64,000 nt of DNA from positions 212 to 64,211 of the forward strand of contig JAZOQH010000015.1 in assembly GCA_045655965.1 (NCBI GenBank). Direction: 5' to 3'. The position numbers and the translations under genes were made by a program. This document shows positions 18,683-27,425 of this stretch, piece after piece. Under the pieces are notes generated by a model. The model was not told where the DNA came from, ran no database searches, and was given only the letters and a program-made list of their open reading frames with translations. The stretch's first letter is position 1. Every line of letters begins with the position of its first letter. Source of the stretch: Bacteroidales bacterium. Its GTDB lineage: Bacteria > Bacteroidota > Bacteroidia > Bacteroidales > F082.

Positions 18683-19882
18683 ATGAAAAGACTTCTCACT
18701 TTATTAATTATCGCTTTATGCGTTATTGGCGTTAACGCTCAAGATCTTAGCGTCAGCCCTAAGAAAAGCACTTCGCTCTATGAAGAACTTTCAGGTGTAA
18801 AGAAAAAGACAGACAAGTTCAATCTCTATATGAATATGAACGGCAGCTTCGATGCTATGTTCAACGACGCTGGTTTCGACCAAGGCAAGTTTAATATGCG
18901 TCAGCTTCGTATCGAGTCAAAAGGCAATGTCAACGAATGGCTTTCATATCGCTGGCGTCAACGTCTCAACCGTCCTAATAACGGCGGCGATAACATCGAC
19001 AACCTTCCAACATCTATCGACATCGCTGGTATCGGCGTTAAGTTGAGCGATAAATTCTCACTCTTCTTAGGTAAACAATGTGCAGCTTACGGCGGCTTCG
19101 AATTCGATGCCAATCCAATCGAGATTTATGAATACAGCGACATGATTGAATATATGAGCAACTTCATGACTGGTATCAACATCGGTTATGACTTCGCTAA
19201 AGGTCATCAACTTAACTTCCAAGTCTTGAACAGCTTGAACGGTCCTTTTGAAAGCATGTACGGCGTATTCTCTCCTGAGATGGGTTGCTTCGGCGAATAT
19301 ATAGCCGCTACACCTTCAAAACTTCCTTTGGTTTATACATTGAACTGGAACGGTAACTTCAGCGATATCTATAAGACACGTTGGTCAGCTTCTGTAATGA
19401 GTCAAGCTGAAGACAAGAACTTATATTATTTCGCTTTCGGTAATGAATTGACATTTGGCAAGTTCAATATGTACATCGACCTTATGTATTCAAACGACGA
19501 TATCGACCGTGCTGGCATCATGACAGAAATAGTTGGTCAGGTACAAGGTCACAATGTATTTAATGCCAATTATTTATCATTAGTTTCTAAGTTAAACTAT
19601 CGTTTTGCAGACAAATGGAATGTCTTTGTAAAAGGTATGTATGAGACAGCATCTATCAAAGATATGACAGATCCACAAGCATATCCATTCATTACCAATG
19701 GCAAATACCGCACATCATTAGGTTATCTCGGCGGCATTGAATATTATCCAATGGAAAGCAATTTGCATTTCTTCTTGACTTACGTCGGACGTTCATACAA
19801 ATATGAAGAAATAGCAAACAAAGCTGATTACAACACCAACCGCGTTTCATTAGGTTTCATCTATCAGCTTCCAATGTTTTAA
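18683..19882 (+). CDS. outer-membrane porin (OprO/P-like beta-barrel), putative
   Basis: Signal peptide MKRLLTLLIIALCVIGVNAQ, amphipathic beta-strands and a C-terminal …SLGFIYQLPMF. It lies immediately downstream of ansB. Confidence 0.55.
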   Translation: MKRLLTLLIIALCVIGVNAQDLSVSPKKSTSLYEELSGVKKKTDKFNLYMNMNGSFDAMFNDAGFDQGKFNMRQLRIESKGNVNEWLSYRWRQRLNRPNNGGDNIDNLPTSIDIAGIGVKLSDKFSLFLGKQCAAYGGFEFDANPIEIYEYSDMIEYMSNFMTGINIGYDFAKGHQLNFQVLNSLNGPFESMYGVFSPEMGCFGEYIAATPSKLPLVYTLNWNGNFSDIYKTRWSASVMSQAEDKNLYYFAFGNELTFGKFNMYIDLMYSNDDIDRAGIMTEIVGQVQGHNVFNANYLSLVSKLNYRFADKWNVFVKGMYETASIKDMTDPQAYPFITNGKYRTSLGYLGGIEYYPMESNLHFFLTYVGRSYKYEEIANKADYNTNRVSLGFIYQLPMF

Positions 19883-19935
19883 TGGCTAATGGCTAATGAC
19901 TAAAGGCTAAAGTTTTGTTCTTTAGTTTAGAAGGA
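19883..19935. repeat. 7-8-nt arrays (ggctaat/gactaaa/ggctaaag … ctttagtttag)
   Basis: Seen directly after the porin stop codon. Confidence 0.8.
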
Positions 19936-19941
19936 TAAAAC

Positions 19942-19975
19942 AAAAAAACTCAGAAATCAAATTCTGAGTTTTTTT
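19942..19975. terminator. bidirectional rho-independent terminator
   Basis: aaaaaaactcagaa atcaaa ttctgagttttttt, between the convergent porin and M1 genes. Confidence 0.85.
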
Positions 19976-19995
19976 GTTACACAATATTAAGGGTT

Positions 19996-22296
19996 TTAAA
20001 GTTTTACAATTCTAGAACTTTTATGTGTTTCTGAGTTTCTGAATTTCAAATTATAGACTCCTGATGCGAGGTCATCTATTTCTATCGTCGCTTCTTTCCC
20101 GTTGATAGCAATTTCCTTGACGACTTGTCCCGCTTGGTTTGTCATTATAATATTGTCGTTGACTTCCTTTTCCAGTCTGATGTTTATTTTGTCTTCTGAT
20201 GGATTGGGAAAAATCTCGATACCGCTTTCTTCTCTCATCTCTTTTACAGCAGCATGTTCTTCGTCCCACATACCTAAAGTATAATCTCCGGATTTGATAT
20301 CATCTACTGTCATTCTTCCGAAGTTATTTTGTGCTTGATGTACATAATTCAAAGATTGCCACATTTCGGAACCATTAGGACGATACAACAACACTATTGA
20401 ATCATTTTCATTGACCATAATATCACCATCGAAGTTGTCGTTTTTCTGATATTGGAACTCGCCTTGAATCTTTGACTCGCCTTTATCCAAGATATGAATT
20501 GTCCAATAACGATTTGAAGATAATGTAAGTCCTTCTGGAAGTTCATGGTTTGTCTTTGGTCCGTTCCAGTGATGTTCAACTCTTAATAATGTAGAGTCGT
20601 TTATCTCTTGAACCGTTGCCTTGAACTTAGATTCACCGAAGTTATGGCTGCCAGTATTTTTTATGATATATGTCTTCTCAATACTTCCGTCAGCGAATTT
20701 GTTATTATAATCGCAGAATACTGCTACTGGTTCAAAATCAATAGTCACAGAACATACGCCTGTCTCTCCATCCCAAGCGACCATCTCGCTATGAGTATTC
20801 CAGTCTTCATCAACGAAAGTGATTTCATATCTTACGCTGTTGCCGATATAATCAGAACCTCTACGACCTTGATTCATCGTCACTTCCACATCGAATTTGT
20901 TTCCGTTAGGTTCTACGGTGAAATTCTGCACAGTATAAACCGGACTTCCTGCGTTAAACACCCATGTATCGAAGAAGTCATTCATATCAACGCCTGATGA
21001 TTCTGCAACAGCGTCTCTCAAGTCTTCTGAAGAAGCTGATTTATAACTGAATTTATCGAGATAATATTTTATTGCTTCGTCGAAAGTCTCTCTTCCTAAA
21101 TAGTTCATCATTGTGTTAACAACAACAGCACCTTTGTCATATACTGTAGTTCCATATGTCAAATCTAAAGGCATATCATTCAACGGAATCCATCCTTCTG
21201 AGTTATGGCATGAATTGATAATGTCGTCGGTCAACTCACTTATCGCTTCAACGAAAGCCTCTTCGCCATAAATTGCTGAGAGATAATAGTTGTTGCAGAA
21301 AGTAGCGAATCCTTCGTTGAGCCACATATCACCTGCCGATGCGCATGTGACCAAGTTTCCGAACCATGAGTGCGCCATCTCGTGAGCGATGAAAAACTCG
21401 CTGTCGAGGTTAGTTGTTCCTGTGATGAGAGAACTCGACAAAGCAATGTTATCGACGTGTTCCATACATCCGAGGCTTGTGCTAACGTAGGCTATTCTAT
21501 TGAAAGGGAATGGACCGAATTTAGATTCATAGAATGCTGCAATCTCTTTGGTGTTGGCGAAAGTTGCAGCGACCTTCTCAATTTGGTTAGGTCTAGCATA
21601 TACATTGATAGGGATATTTCTTTCCATACCTTCGTAAGTGTCTTCCCATAAAACGTAACTTCCAACAGCAAAAGACATGAGATAAGTAGGAATCTCTTGG
21701 CTTACAGTCCAATGGTCGGTCTTGGTTCCGTCGTTATTATCTGTTGTCTCCACGAGCAGACCGCCGCATGAAGATGTCATTTCCTGAGGGATGTTAAGAT
21801 ATAAATCGTATGATGCTTTGTCGTTGAAGTCGTCAACACAAGGGAACCATGTCTTGCCGAGGTTATGAGGTTGGCTGTCGAAACCGACGCCTAGGTTATA
21901 GACGTAGTCGTTGCTCCAGTGTACGCCGCCCCAGTTTTCATTGAAGGTGCTGCCGCCATAGTTGATAGTGATTTCCAATTCTGTGTCGGCTGCTATGTCA
22001 GAAGCGAAAGTTAAACTTAAGACGTCGCCTTCTTGAGAGTAATCTGCAACATCGCAAGCGTCACATACAACTGATGTCACTTCCATTGATTTAAGTTCAA
22101 GCTCCAAAGCGTTGATTTCTGTCTTTGTTGTAAGCGTCAATGTGGCTGATGCTTCTAAAATTCTTTCGGTGAAATCTATTGTGTTAAGATGTATTTCATA
22201 ATGAGTCACATCGATGTTTCCCCCGATTTCATTAGTCTTTGCAAAAGATGACAATGACAAGCAAAATGCTAATAATAAAGATAATACGTATTTCAT
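19996..22296 (-). CDS. M1-family aminopeptidase with T9SS CTD
   Basis: Gluzincin motif HEMAHSWFGN…WLNEGFATF, a signal peptide, and the CTD IFPNPSEDKINI…SGVYNLKF…RIVKL. Confidence 0.88.
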   Translation of the reverse strand: MKYVLSLLLAFCLSLSSFAKTNEIGGNIDVTHYEIHLNTIDFTERILEASATLTLTTKTEINALELELKSMEVTSVVCDACDVADYSQEGDVLSLTFASDIAADTELEITINYGGSTFNENWGGVHWSNDYVYNLGVGFDSQPHNLGKTWFPCVDDFNDKASYDLYLNIPQEMTSSCGGLLVETTDNNDGTKTDHWTVSQEIPTYLMSFAVGSYVLWEDTYEGMERNIPINVYARPNQIEKVAATFANTKEIAAFYESKFGPFPFNRIAYVSTSLGCMEHVDNIALSSSLITGTTNLDSEFFIAHEMAHSWFGNLVTCASAGDMWLNEGFATFCNNYYLSAIYGEEAFVEAISELTDDIINSCHNSEGWIPLNDMPLDLTYGTTVYDKGAVVVNTMMNYLGRETFDEAIKYYLDKFSYKSASSEDLRDAVAESSGVDMNDFFDTWVFNAGSPVYTVQNFTVEPNGNKFDVEVTMNQGRRGSDYIGNSVRYEITFVDEDWNTHSEMVAWDGETGVCSVTIDFEPVAVFCDYNNKFADGSIEKTYIIKNTGSHNFGESKFKATVQEINDSTLLRVEHHWNGPKTNHELPEGLTLSSNRYWTIHILDKGESKIQGEFQYQKNDNFDGDIMVNENDSIVLLYRPNGSEMWQSLNYVHQAQNNFGRMTVDDIKSGDYTLGMWDEEHAAVKEMREESGIEIFPNPSEDKINIRLEKEVNDNIIMTNQAGQVVKEIAINGKEATIEIDDLASGVYNLKFRNSETHKSSRIVKL

Positions 22297-22338
22297 AATC
22301 TGAATTTTAATAAGCTTAAATAAGTCCGTAAAATTACA

Positions 22339-24768
22339 TTATTTTTTGTTAAGTCTGCAAATCTTTAACTCGAAATAGGTAAAGTCATCACCAAGCACAT
22401 CTCTCGCCGCCGTCAACGAAGGATCGCCTGTTTCCTCATAGTATTCGTTTATTATCTCATAATGCTTTTTACTTACGAAATCTTTGGCATCATAAAAACC
22501 GTTCTTCACTATCTCTATGATGTGATTTTCTATAGTGCTTCGCGACAGTCCTCTTCCTTTCATAATTTCTTCCATCGTAAAGTCTTCATCGAGAAGTTCC
22601 AAAGTCCGCATCACGCTGCTCGAGAGATTCATCTCCTTATTAGACTCTTCATCATCAAAAGCACACTTCTTGAAGCCCTGCGACTCCAATACTATATTAA
22701 TAATGTCAGCGCCGAAACTCTTGATACGTGTCGTTCCAAGTTTGGAAATCGACTTGAGTTCTTTTATCGTGACAGGTTTAAGTTCTGTGATTCTATTGAC
22801 GACAGTAGTAGGCAAGATCTGATGTTCTTCTTTTTCAAGTTCCAATGCCTTCTCATGACGCCATTTCAACAAGGCATTCAACAATGGCTTGTCTTTCTTA
22901 TCTACAGTCTTACCTTTCAGTTTCACCGACTTAAGATTCTCCGACTCCACGATTTTCTTGTTCTTCATCTCAAGATATTTATCCAAGATGAAACCGTCTT
23001 TCGCAATATGCAGACAAGCCGTCTTGACATAAAGAATCTCGCGTATCATATCAAGTACCGCCTTCACTGCAGCGTTGACATTTTTGTTATCAGTCTCCTG
23101 AATCGAATCGCTGATATTTTCCAAGTCGTTGAGTTTGTCGAAGAAATAAACCGACGCCTTCCTAATTCTTTCATCCAGATAAGAACTTGTTGTCTTGTCG
23201 TCTTGTTGTCTTGTTGACTTCACAATCGAATCCACTTGTCTAGCGAATCTCATCGCCACATCTATTATTTCTTCTCGGAAGTTTTTACGTATATCCGCTA
23301 TCTTATCCGCCGTCTCTTTCCCGAAGATATTGTCGTTCTCTCTCACCACCTTAGCGAGTTTATTGATTTGCATCTCCAGTTCATCGAAAGTGAAAAGGTC
23401 AATTATCGTCTGATGATGATATCTTGTCTCCTCATCGCGGAGTCTGTCTTCATCAGGTTCGAGAGAAGGAATCTTATCCACGAAAGTGTTTATCGTATTA
23501 TCGTTATACAAAACGTTATTAGAAATCTTCGCATTGAGCACCAGTCCTTTAAGAGAAGTGCAACGACTCAATGCCACATAGACCTGTCCATGAGCGAATG
23601 CCATCTCGGCATTGAGAACGACTTTCTCGAAGGTAAGGCCCTGACTCTTATGAATCGTTATCGCCCAAGCCGTCTTAAGCGGAATCTGAGTGAAGCTGCC
23701 TATTTCCTTCTCCTCTATCTCGTTAGTCTCTTCGTTGAGTGTATATTCGAAGTTCTGCCATTTCACAGGCATCACGTTTATCACATCATCATCGCATCTC
23801 ACCTTGATGCCTTCGTCTTTGTCGTACGCTATTATCTTGCCTATCTTTCCGTTATAATAAAGCTTCTCCGGCGAAGGGTCGTTCTTCACGAACATCACCT
23901 GCGCTCCCACTTTAAGTTCAAGCACTTCTTTCGTTGGATAAGCGTTTTCAGGGAATATGCCTGTTATCTCCGCTGTGAAAGTCAGCGTCTCGGAATCGAT
24001 AGCATTCAGTTTTTCATCATTTATTTCATCTGCCTGATAATTATGAGTCGTCAGCGTGATATATCCCTCGTTATCATCAGGTTTAAAATCAGGAATATAA
24101 CGAGAGTTTAATATCTGCAAGTTATTACTATCGATGCTGTTGTTTCTCACCTGATTGAGAATATCGATGAATTCGGTATCGTTCTGTCGATATATATGGT
24201 CGAGTTCCACGCAGATGTAAGGATTCTTCTGCAGCACACGGCTGTCGAAGAAATACACCGACTTATAATAATCCTGCAGCAGTTCCCATTCGTTCTGTTT
24301 TGCCACCGGCGCCAGCTGTTGTATATCGCCTATCATCAGGAGCTGCACTCCGCCGAAAGCCTTGTCGCTGCGACGCACTCTTCGCAACACGGCGTCGATA
24401 GCATCGAGGAGGTCGGCGCGCACCATACTTATCTCATCGATGACGAGGAGGTCGAGGCTGCGCATAATCTTCAGCTTCGTCCTGCTCAGTTTCATATTAG
24501 ATAAAAGCGACAACGACTGACCTTCTGGAACGATAGGCCCGAAAGGAAGCTGGAAGAACGAATGTATCGTCACGCCTCCCGCATTGATGGCAGCCACTCC
24601 AGTAGGAGCGACAATCACCATTCTTTTATAACTCTTGATAGCTAAATTCCTGAGGAAGGTGGTCTTGCCAGTGCCAGCCTTACCCGTCAAAAAGATATGA
24701 ACATCGGTGTTTTGCACAAACCTATTCAACATCTCAATCTTTTCATTCTTAAACACGTCTGTTTTCAT
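22339..24768 (-). CDS. PIF1/RecD-like SF1 DNA helicase with C-terminal HRDC-like and HTH regions
   Basis: Walker A FLTGKAGTGKTT, LLVIDEISMV, LLMIGDIQQLAPV, TIHKSQGLTF and YVALSRC. I prefer the ATG at 24768 (MKTDVFKNEK…), because the longest ORF runs into an upstream repeat array. Confidence 0.85.
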   Translation of the reverse strand: MKTDVFKNEKIEMLNRFVQNTDVHIFLTGKAGTGKTTFLRNLAIKSYKRMVIVAPTGVAAINAGGVTIHSFFQLPFGPIVPEGQSLSLLSNMKLSRTKLKIMRSLDLLVIDEISMVRADLLDAIDAVLRRVRRSDKAFGGVQLLMIGDIQQLAPVAKQNEWELLQDYYKSVYFFDSRVLQKNPYICVELDHIYRQNDTEFIDILNQVRNNSIDSNNLQILNSRYIPDFKPDDNEGYITLTTHNYQADEINDEKLNAIDSETLTFTAEITGIFPENAYPTKEVLELKVGAQVMFVKNDPSPEKLYYNGKIGKIIAYDKDEGIKVRCDDDVINVMPVKWQNFEYTLNEETNEIEEKEIGSFTQIPLKTAWAITIHKSQGLTFEKVVLNAEMAFAHGQVYVALSRCTSLKGLVLNAKISNNVLYNDNTINTFVDKIPSLEPDEDRLRDEETRYHHQTIIDLFTFDELEMQINKLAKVVRENDNIFGKETADKIADIRKNFREEIIDVAMRFARQVDSIVKSTRQQDDKTTSSYLDERIRKASVYFFDKLNDLENISDSIQETDNKNVNAAVKAVLDMIREILYVKTACLHIAKDGFILDKYLEMKNKKIVESENLKSVKLKGKTVDKKDKPLLNALLKWRHEKALELEKEEHQILPTTVVNRITELKPVTIKELKSISKLGTTRIKSFGADIINIVLESQGFKKCAFDDEESNKEMNLSSSVMRTLELLDEDFTMEEIMKGRGLSRSTIENHIIEIVKNGFYDAKDFVSKKHYEIINEYYEETGDPSLTAARDVLGDDFTYFELKICRLNKK
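23186..23217. repeat. 8-nt array (cttgttgt/cttgtcgt x4) inside the helicase CDS
   Basis: The sense strand reads gacaacaag/acgacaag words, translated …STRQQDDKTTSS…. Confidence 0.85.
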
Positions 24769-24781
24769 ATTTGTTGTTTTT

Positions 24782-24863
24782 GGAGTGATGAAGTAATGGA
24801 GTGATGAAGTGATGGAGTCGCACTTCGACAAGCTCAGTGCCCTCAACTCCTCATTCCTAATTT
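24782..24863. repeat. arrays (ggagtgatgaagt x3; aactcctcattcctaattt) flanking a GC-rich 26-mer
   Basis: Lies between the helicase start and the HK stop. The HK stop codon sits within the array. Confidence 0.8.
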
Positions 24864-26401
24864 AAAATATTTTTCTTCAAGGAGATTCTAAACGTCGTTC
24901 CTTGTCCTACGACAGAGTTTTTAACGAAAATCTTTCCTTTATGATAGTCTTCGATGATACGTCTTGCAAGTGATAGTCCGAGACCCCAGCCTCTTTTCTT
25001 GCTTGTGAATCCTGGCTGGAAGATTTGTTTGTAGGCAGAGCGCTGCATACCTTTACCGGTATCGGTCACGTCGATATGGACATCCTCTGCATCTTCTGTT
25101 ATCTCCACCGTCAGTTTGCCATGATCCTCCATAGCATCGAGAGCGTTCTTGGTGAGATTCTCCAGCACCCAGCTGAAGAGAGCAGCATCGAGAGGAACCA
25201 TTATCTCTCTGTCAGGAACCTTGATATCGAACTCGAATTTATTATTAGAGAAACGTCGTTTCAGATAATTCATAGTGTCGTTGACAGCAGTAGTCACATC
25301 ATACGACACCAATGTCGGGATGGAACCAATCTTAGAGAAGCGCTCCGTTATAGTCTTCATTCTGTCGATATCTTTCTCCATCTCCGTAGTACCGATGAAA
25401 GGAGTGTCCTGCATCTTAAGCAGTTCTATCCATCCCATGAGCGAGGTGAGCGGCGTCCCTATCTGATGAGCGGTCTCTTTCGCCATACCAGCCCACACCT
25501 GATTCTGCTCTGAACGACGAGCGTAGCTGAACAAGAGATACGCCACTATGATGAAGAATGTGAAGACGAAAATCTGCACTATAGGGAAATAGCTGACTAT
25601 ACGGAGCAAGTCGGAACTGCGGTAATAGATATACGCCTTCTCGCCGTCGAGGTAATTGACTTCAATAGGCATGTTCTCCGACTTCATAATATCAATCTGT
25701 TCCTGAACGTAATCGCTGTTGTTCATCAAGTCAGACTGAAGGTTGCCATAACTGAGAATCTCATTGCCACTTTGATTTAAAATAATGACAGGCACGCCCG
25801 CTGCGTTGTCGGCGACATCGTTGATGAAAAAGGCAAACATATCGTCAAGAACATTACGAAGTTCTGTATAAATGAGCGACTCATTATAATATAACGACGA
25901 TTCTTTGCCGTAGATGTCAATCTTTATCGGAGGATAAATGCTGAAATCGTCTTGCATCTCAGCATCGAAAATTTCTTTGTTCTGATGTTTCTTCGGAAGG
26001 TTGATAGAAAGCGTGATGTTATTGTCCGCATCGGTGATGACAACAGGAATGCTGATGTTACTTTGAATAATCTCTAGATAAACGCCAATGTTCTCATCGG
26101 AAGTAGCCGCCAGGAAACTGCGATACGCCATAGCAAGAAGTTCCACGCGCTTGCTTTCCTGCATACTCACCTCATTGAAAAACAATTCGGTATAATTCAT
26201 CAACTCAGCATGAGTCTGTACCGCTTCTGCCCACATAGCCATCTGACGTTGTTCCTGTGAAGCAAATCTCTTGACAAGATTATTAGTATAATACATGGAA
26301 ACAATCACTATCACGACAGCAATTATCGAAAGCGCGATTTTCCACCTTTTCTTCTTAGAATATAAGTCTGCACTCTGTTTGTTACTCACCATAATTTTCA
26401 T
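24857..26401 (-). CDS. sensor histidine kinase (orphan)
   Basis: Two TM helices flank an extracytoplasmic domain of about 250 aa. It has the H-box ETAHQIGTPLTSLMGWIELL, N-box LENLTKNALDA, G-boxes DTGKGM and GWGLGL. No response regulator is adjacent. The start is uncertain (ATG at 26401 or 26392; the longest ORF uses TTG). Confidence 0.85.
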   Translation of the reverse strand: MKIMVSNKQSADLYSKKKRWKIALSIIAVVIVIVSMYYTNNLVKRFASQEQRQMAMWAEAVQTHAELMNYTELFFNEVSMQESKRVELLAMAYRSFLAATSDENIGVYLEIIQSNISIPVVITDADNNITLSINLPKKHQNKEIFDAEMQDDFSIYPPIKIDIYGKESSLYYNESLIYTELRNVLDDMFAFFINDVADNAAGVPVIILNQSGNEILSYGNLQSDLMNNSDYVQEQIDIMKSENMPIEVNYLDGEKAYIYYRSSDLLRIVSYFPIVQIFVFTFFIIVAYLLFSYARRSEQNQVWAGMAKETAHQIGTPLTSLMGWIELLKMQDTPFIGTTEMEKDIDRMKTITERFSKIGSIPTLVSYDVTTAVNDTMNYLKRRFSNNKFEFDIKVPDREIMVPLDAALFSWVLENLTKNALDAMEDHGKLTVEITEDAEDVHIDVTDTGKGMQRSAYKQIFQPGFTSKKRGWGLGLSLARRIIEDYHKGKIFVKNSVVGQGTTFRISLKKNILN

Positions 26402-26531
26402 CAATTTATGTTTAAACAATAAAAAAATTGATTTAGTACAAAATTATAAATTATTTCTAAAATTTTAATCCATTTATCATATAATTTTGGTCTCGTTTTT
26501 GCGTAATTACAATATATAAAAACTATACAAA

Positions 26532-27425
26532 ATGAAGGCAAAACTATTGTTAATATTGATGACTTTATCTGTAACGATAAACCTCAATGCTCAGTCTTAT
26601 AAAGATTTATGGAATAATGTTAATAAAAATTTAGAAGACCGACTTCCTGAATCGGCGGAAGCGTTTCTTGATAAAGTTGAACAAAAAGCCATTGCCGAGA
26701 ACAATCAGAAAGAACTTCTGAAATCTTATCTGTATAGATTTAAAATAATAAATCAGAAAGATGAGAATCCGATAAAAGCCTCGATACAGTTCGCTGAAGA
26801 AAATATCGGCAGACTCCAAGAACCGGAAAAATCGATTTTTAATGTAGCAATTGCTTCTCTCTATGGAAGTTATCTTAATGAGAATTTCTATAAAATCAAC
26901 AATCAACAGATAATTGTCAACGGTGATGAGTTGGACATGGAATTCTGGGACAAAAAGACTTTTGAAAGAGTTATCGACAAATATTATGAAAACGCTCTTT
27001 CTGATATTGCAAGCCTTCAAAACACCGAATCAAAATCATATCAAGATATTTTGGCGATTGACGAGACCAAAACCAAATTCGATTACACCATAGAACCTAC
27101 TCTTTATGATTATGTATTGCATAAAATCATAAACCACCAAATCCGCAAGTCTTTAAATTGCATAGATTTATACCAAGATCTTATCAATTTTGACAAAAAG
27201 AACAATTATAATGACGCTGCGATATATAATGAGATTCATAAATTGAAATATGAATATGAAAACAATGACGATTATGAATCTTATATAAATTCCTTAATAA
27301 AAATTAAGAACGAAAACCTCGACAATCCTCTCGTCACATCCGTGATGGCGTTACAAGCCGAAGCGATTTTTGATAGACAACAGTCAACAGAATGTCGAAA
27401 GCAAAAACCTGGATGTTGTACTTGA
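26532..27425 (+). CDS. alpha-2-macroglobulin family protein, N-terminal fragment (frame A)
   Basis: 297-aa ORF with a signal peptide. It ends 55 nt after frame B of the next ORF opens. See the finding on the frameshift at 27367-27390. Confidence 0.6.
   Translation: MKAKLLLILMTLSVTINLNAQSYKDLWNNVNKNLEDRLPESAEAFLDKVEQKAIAENNQKELLKSYLYRFKIINQKDENPIKASIQFAEENIGRLQEPEKSIFNVAIASLYGSYLNENFYKINNQQIIVNGDELDMEFWDKKTFERVIDKYYENALSDIASLQNTESKSYQDILAIDETKTKFDYTIEPTLYDYVLHKIINHQIRKSLNCIDLYQDLINFDKKNNYNDAAIYNEIHKLKYEYENNDDYESYINSLIKIKNENLDNPLVTSVMALQAEAIFDRQQSTECRKQKPGCCT

Noticed and set aside
22462-24504. Long + strand ORFs (251, 291 and 102 aa) inside the helicase gene. Similar antisense or overlapping ORFs occur at 12327-12770, 61691-62263, 54862-55290, 58397-58924, 46705-47149 and 63442-63965.
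   Set aside because: They are shadow ORFs inside well-supported genes. They have low-complexity or odd composition, no motifs and no promoter context.
24857-26401. Histidine kinase as part of a novel signalling system.
   Set aside because: It has ordinary HisKA/HATPase architecture. The lack of an adjacent response regulator is common for orphan kinases, and nothing else distinctive was seen.
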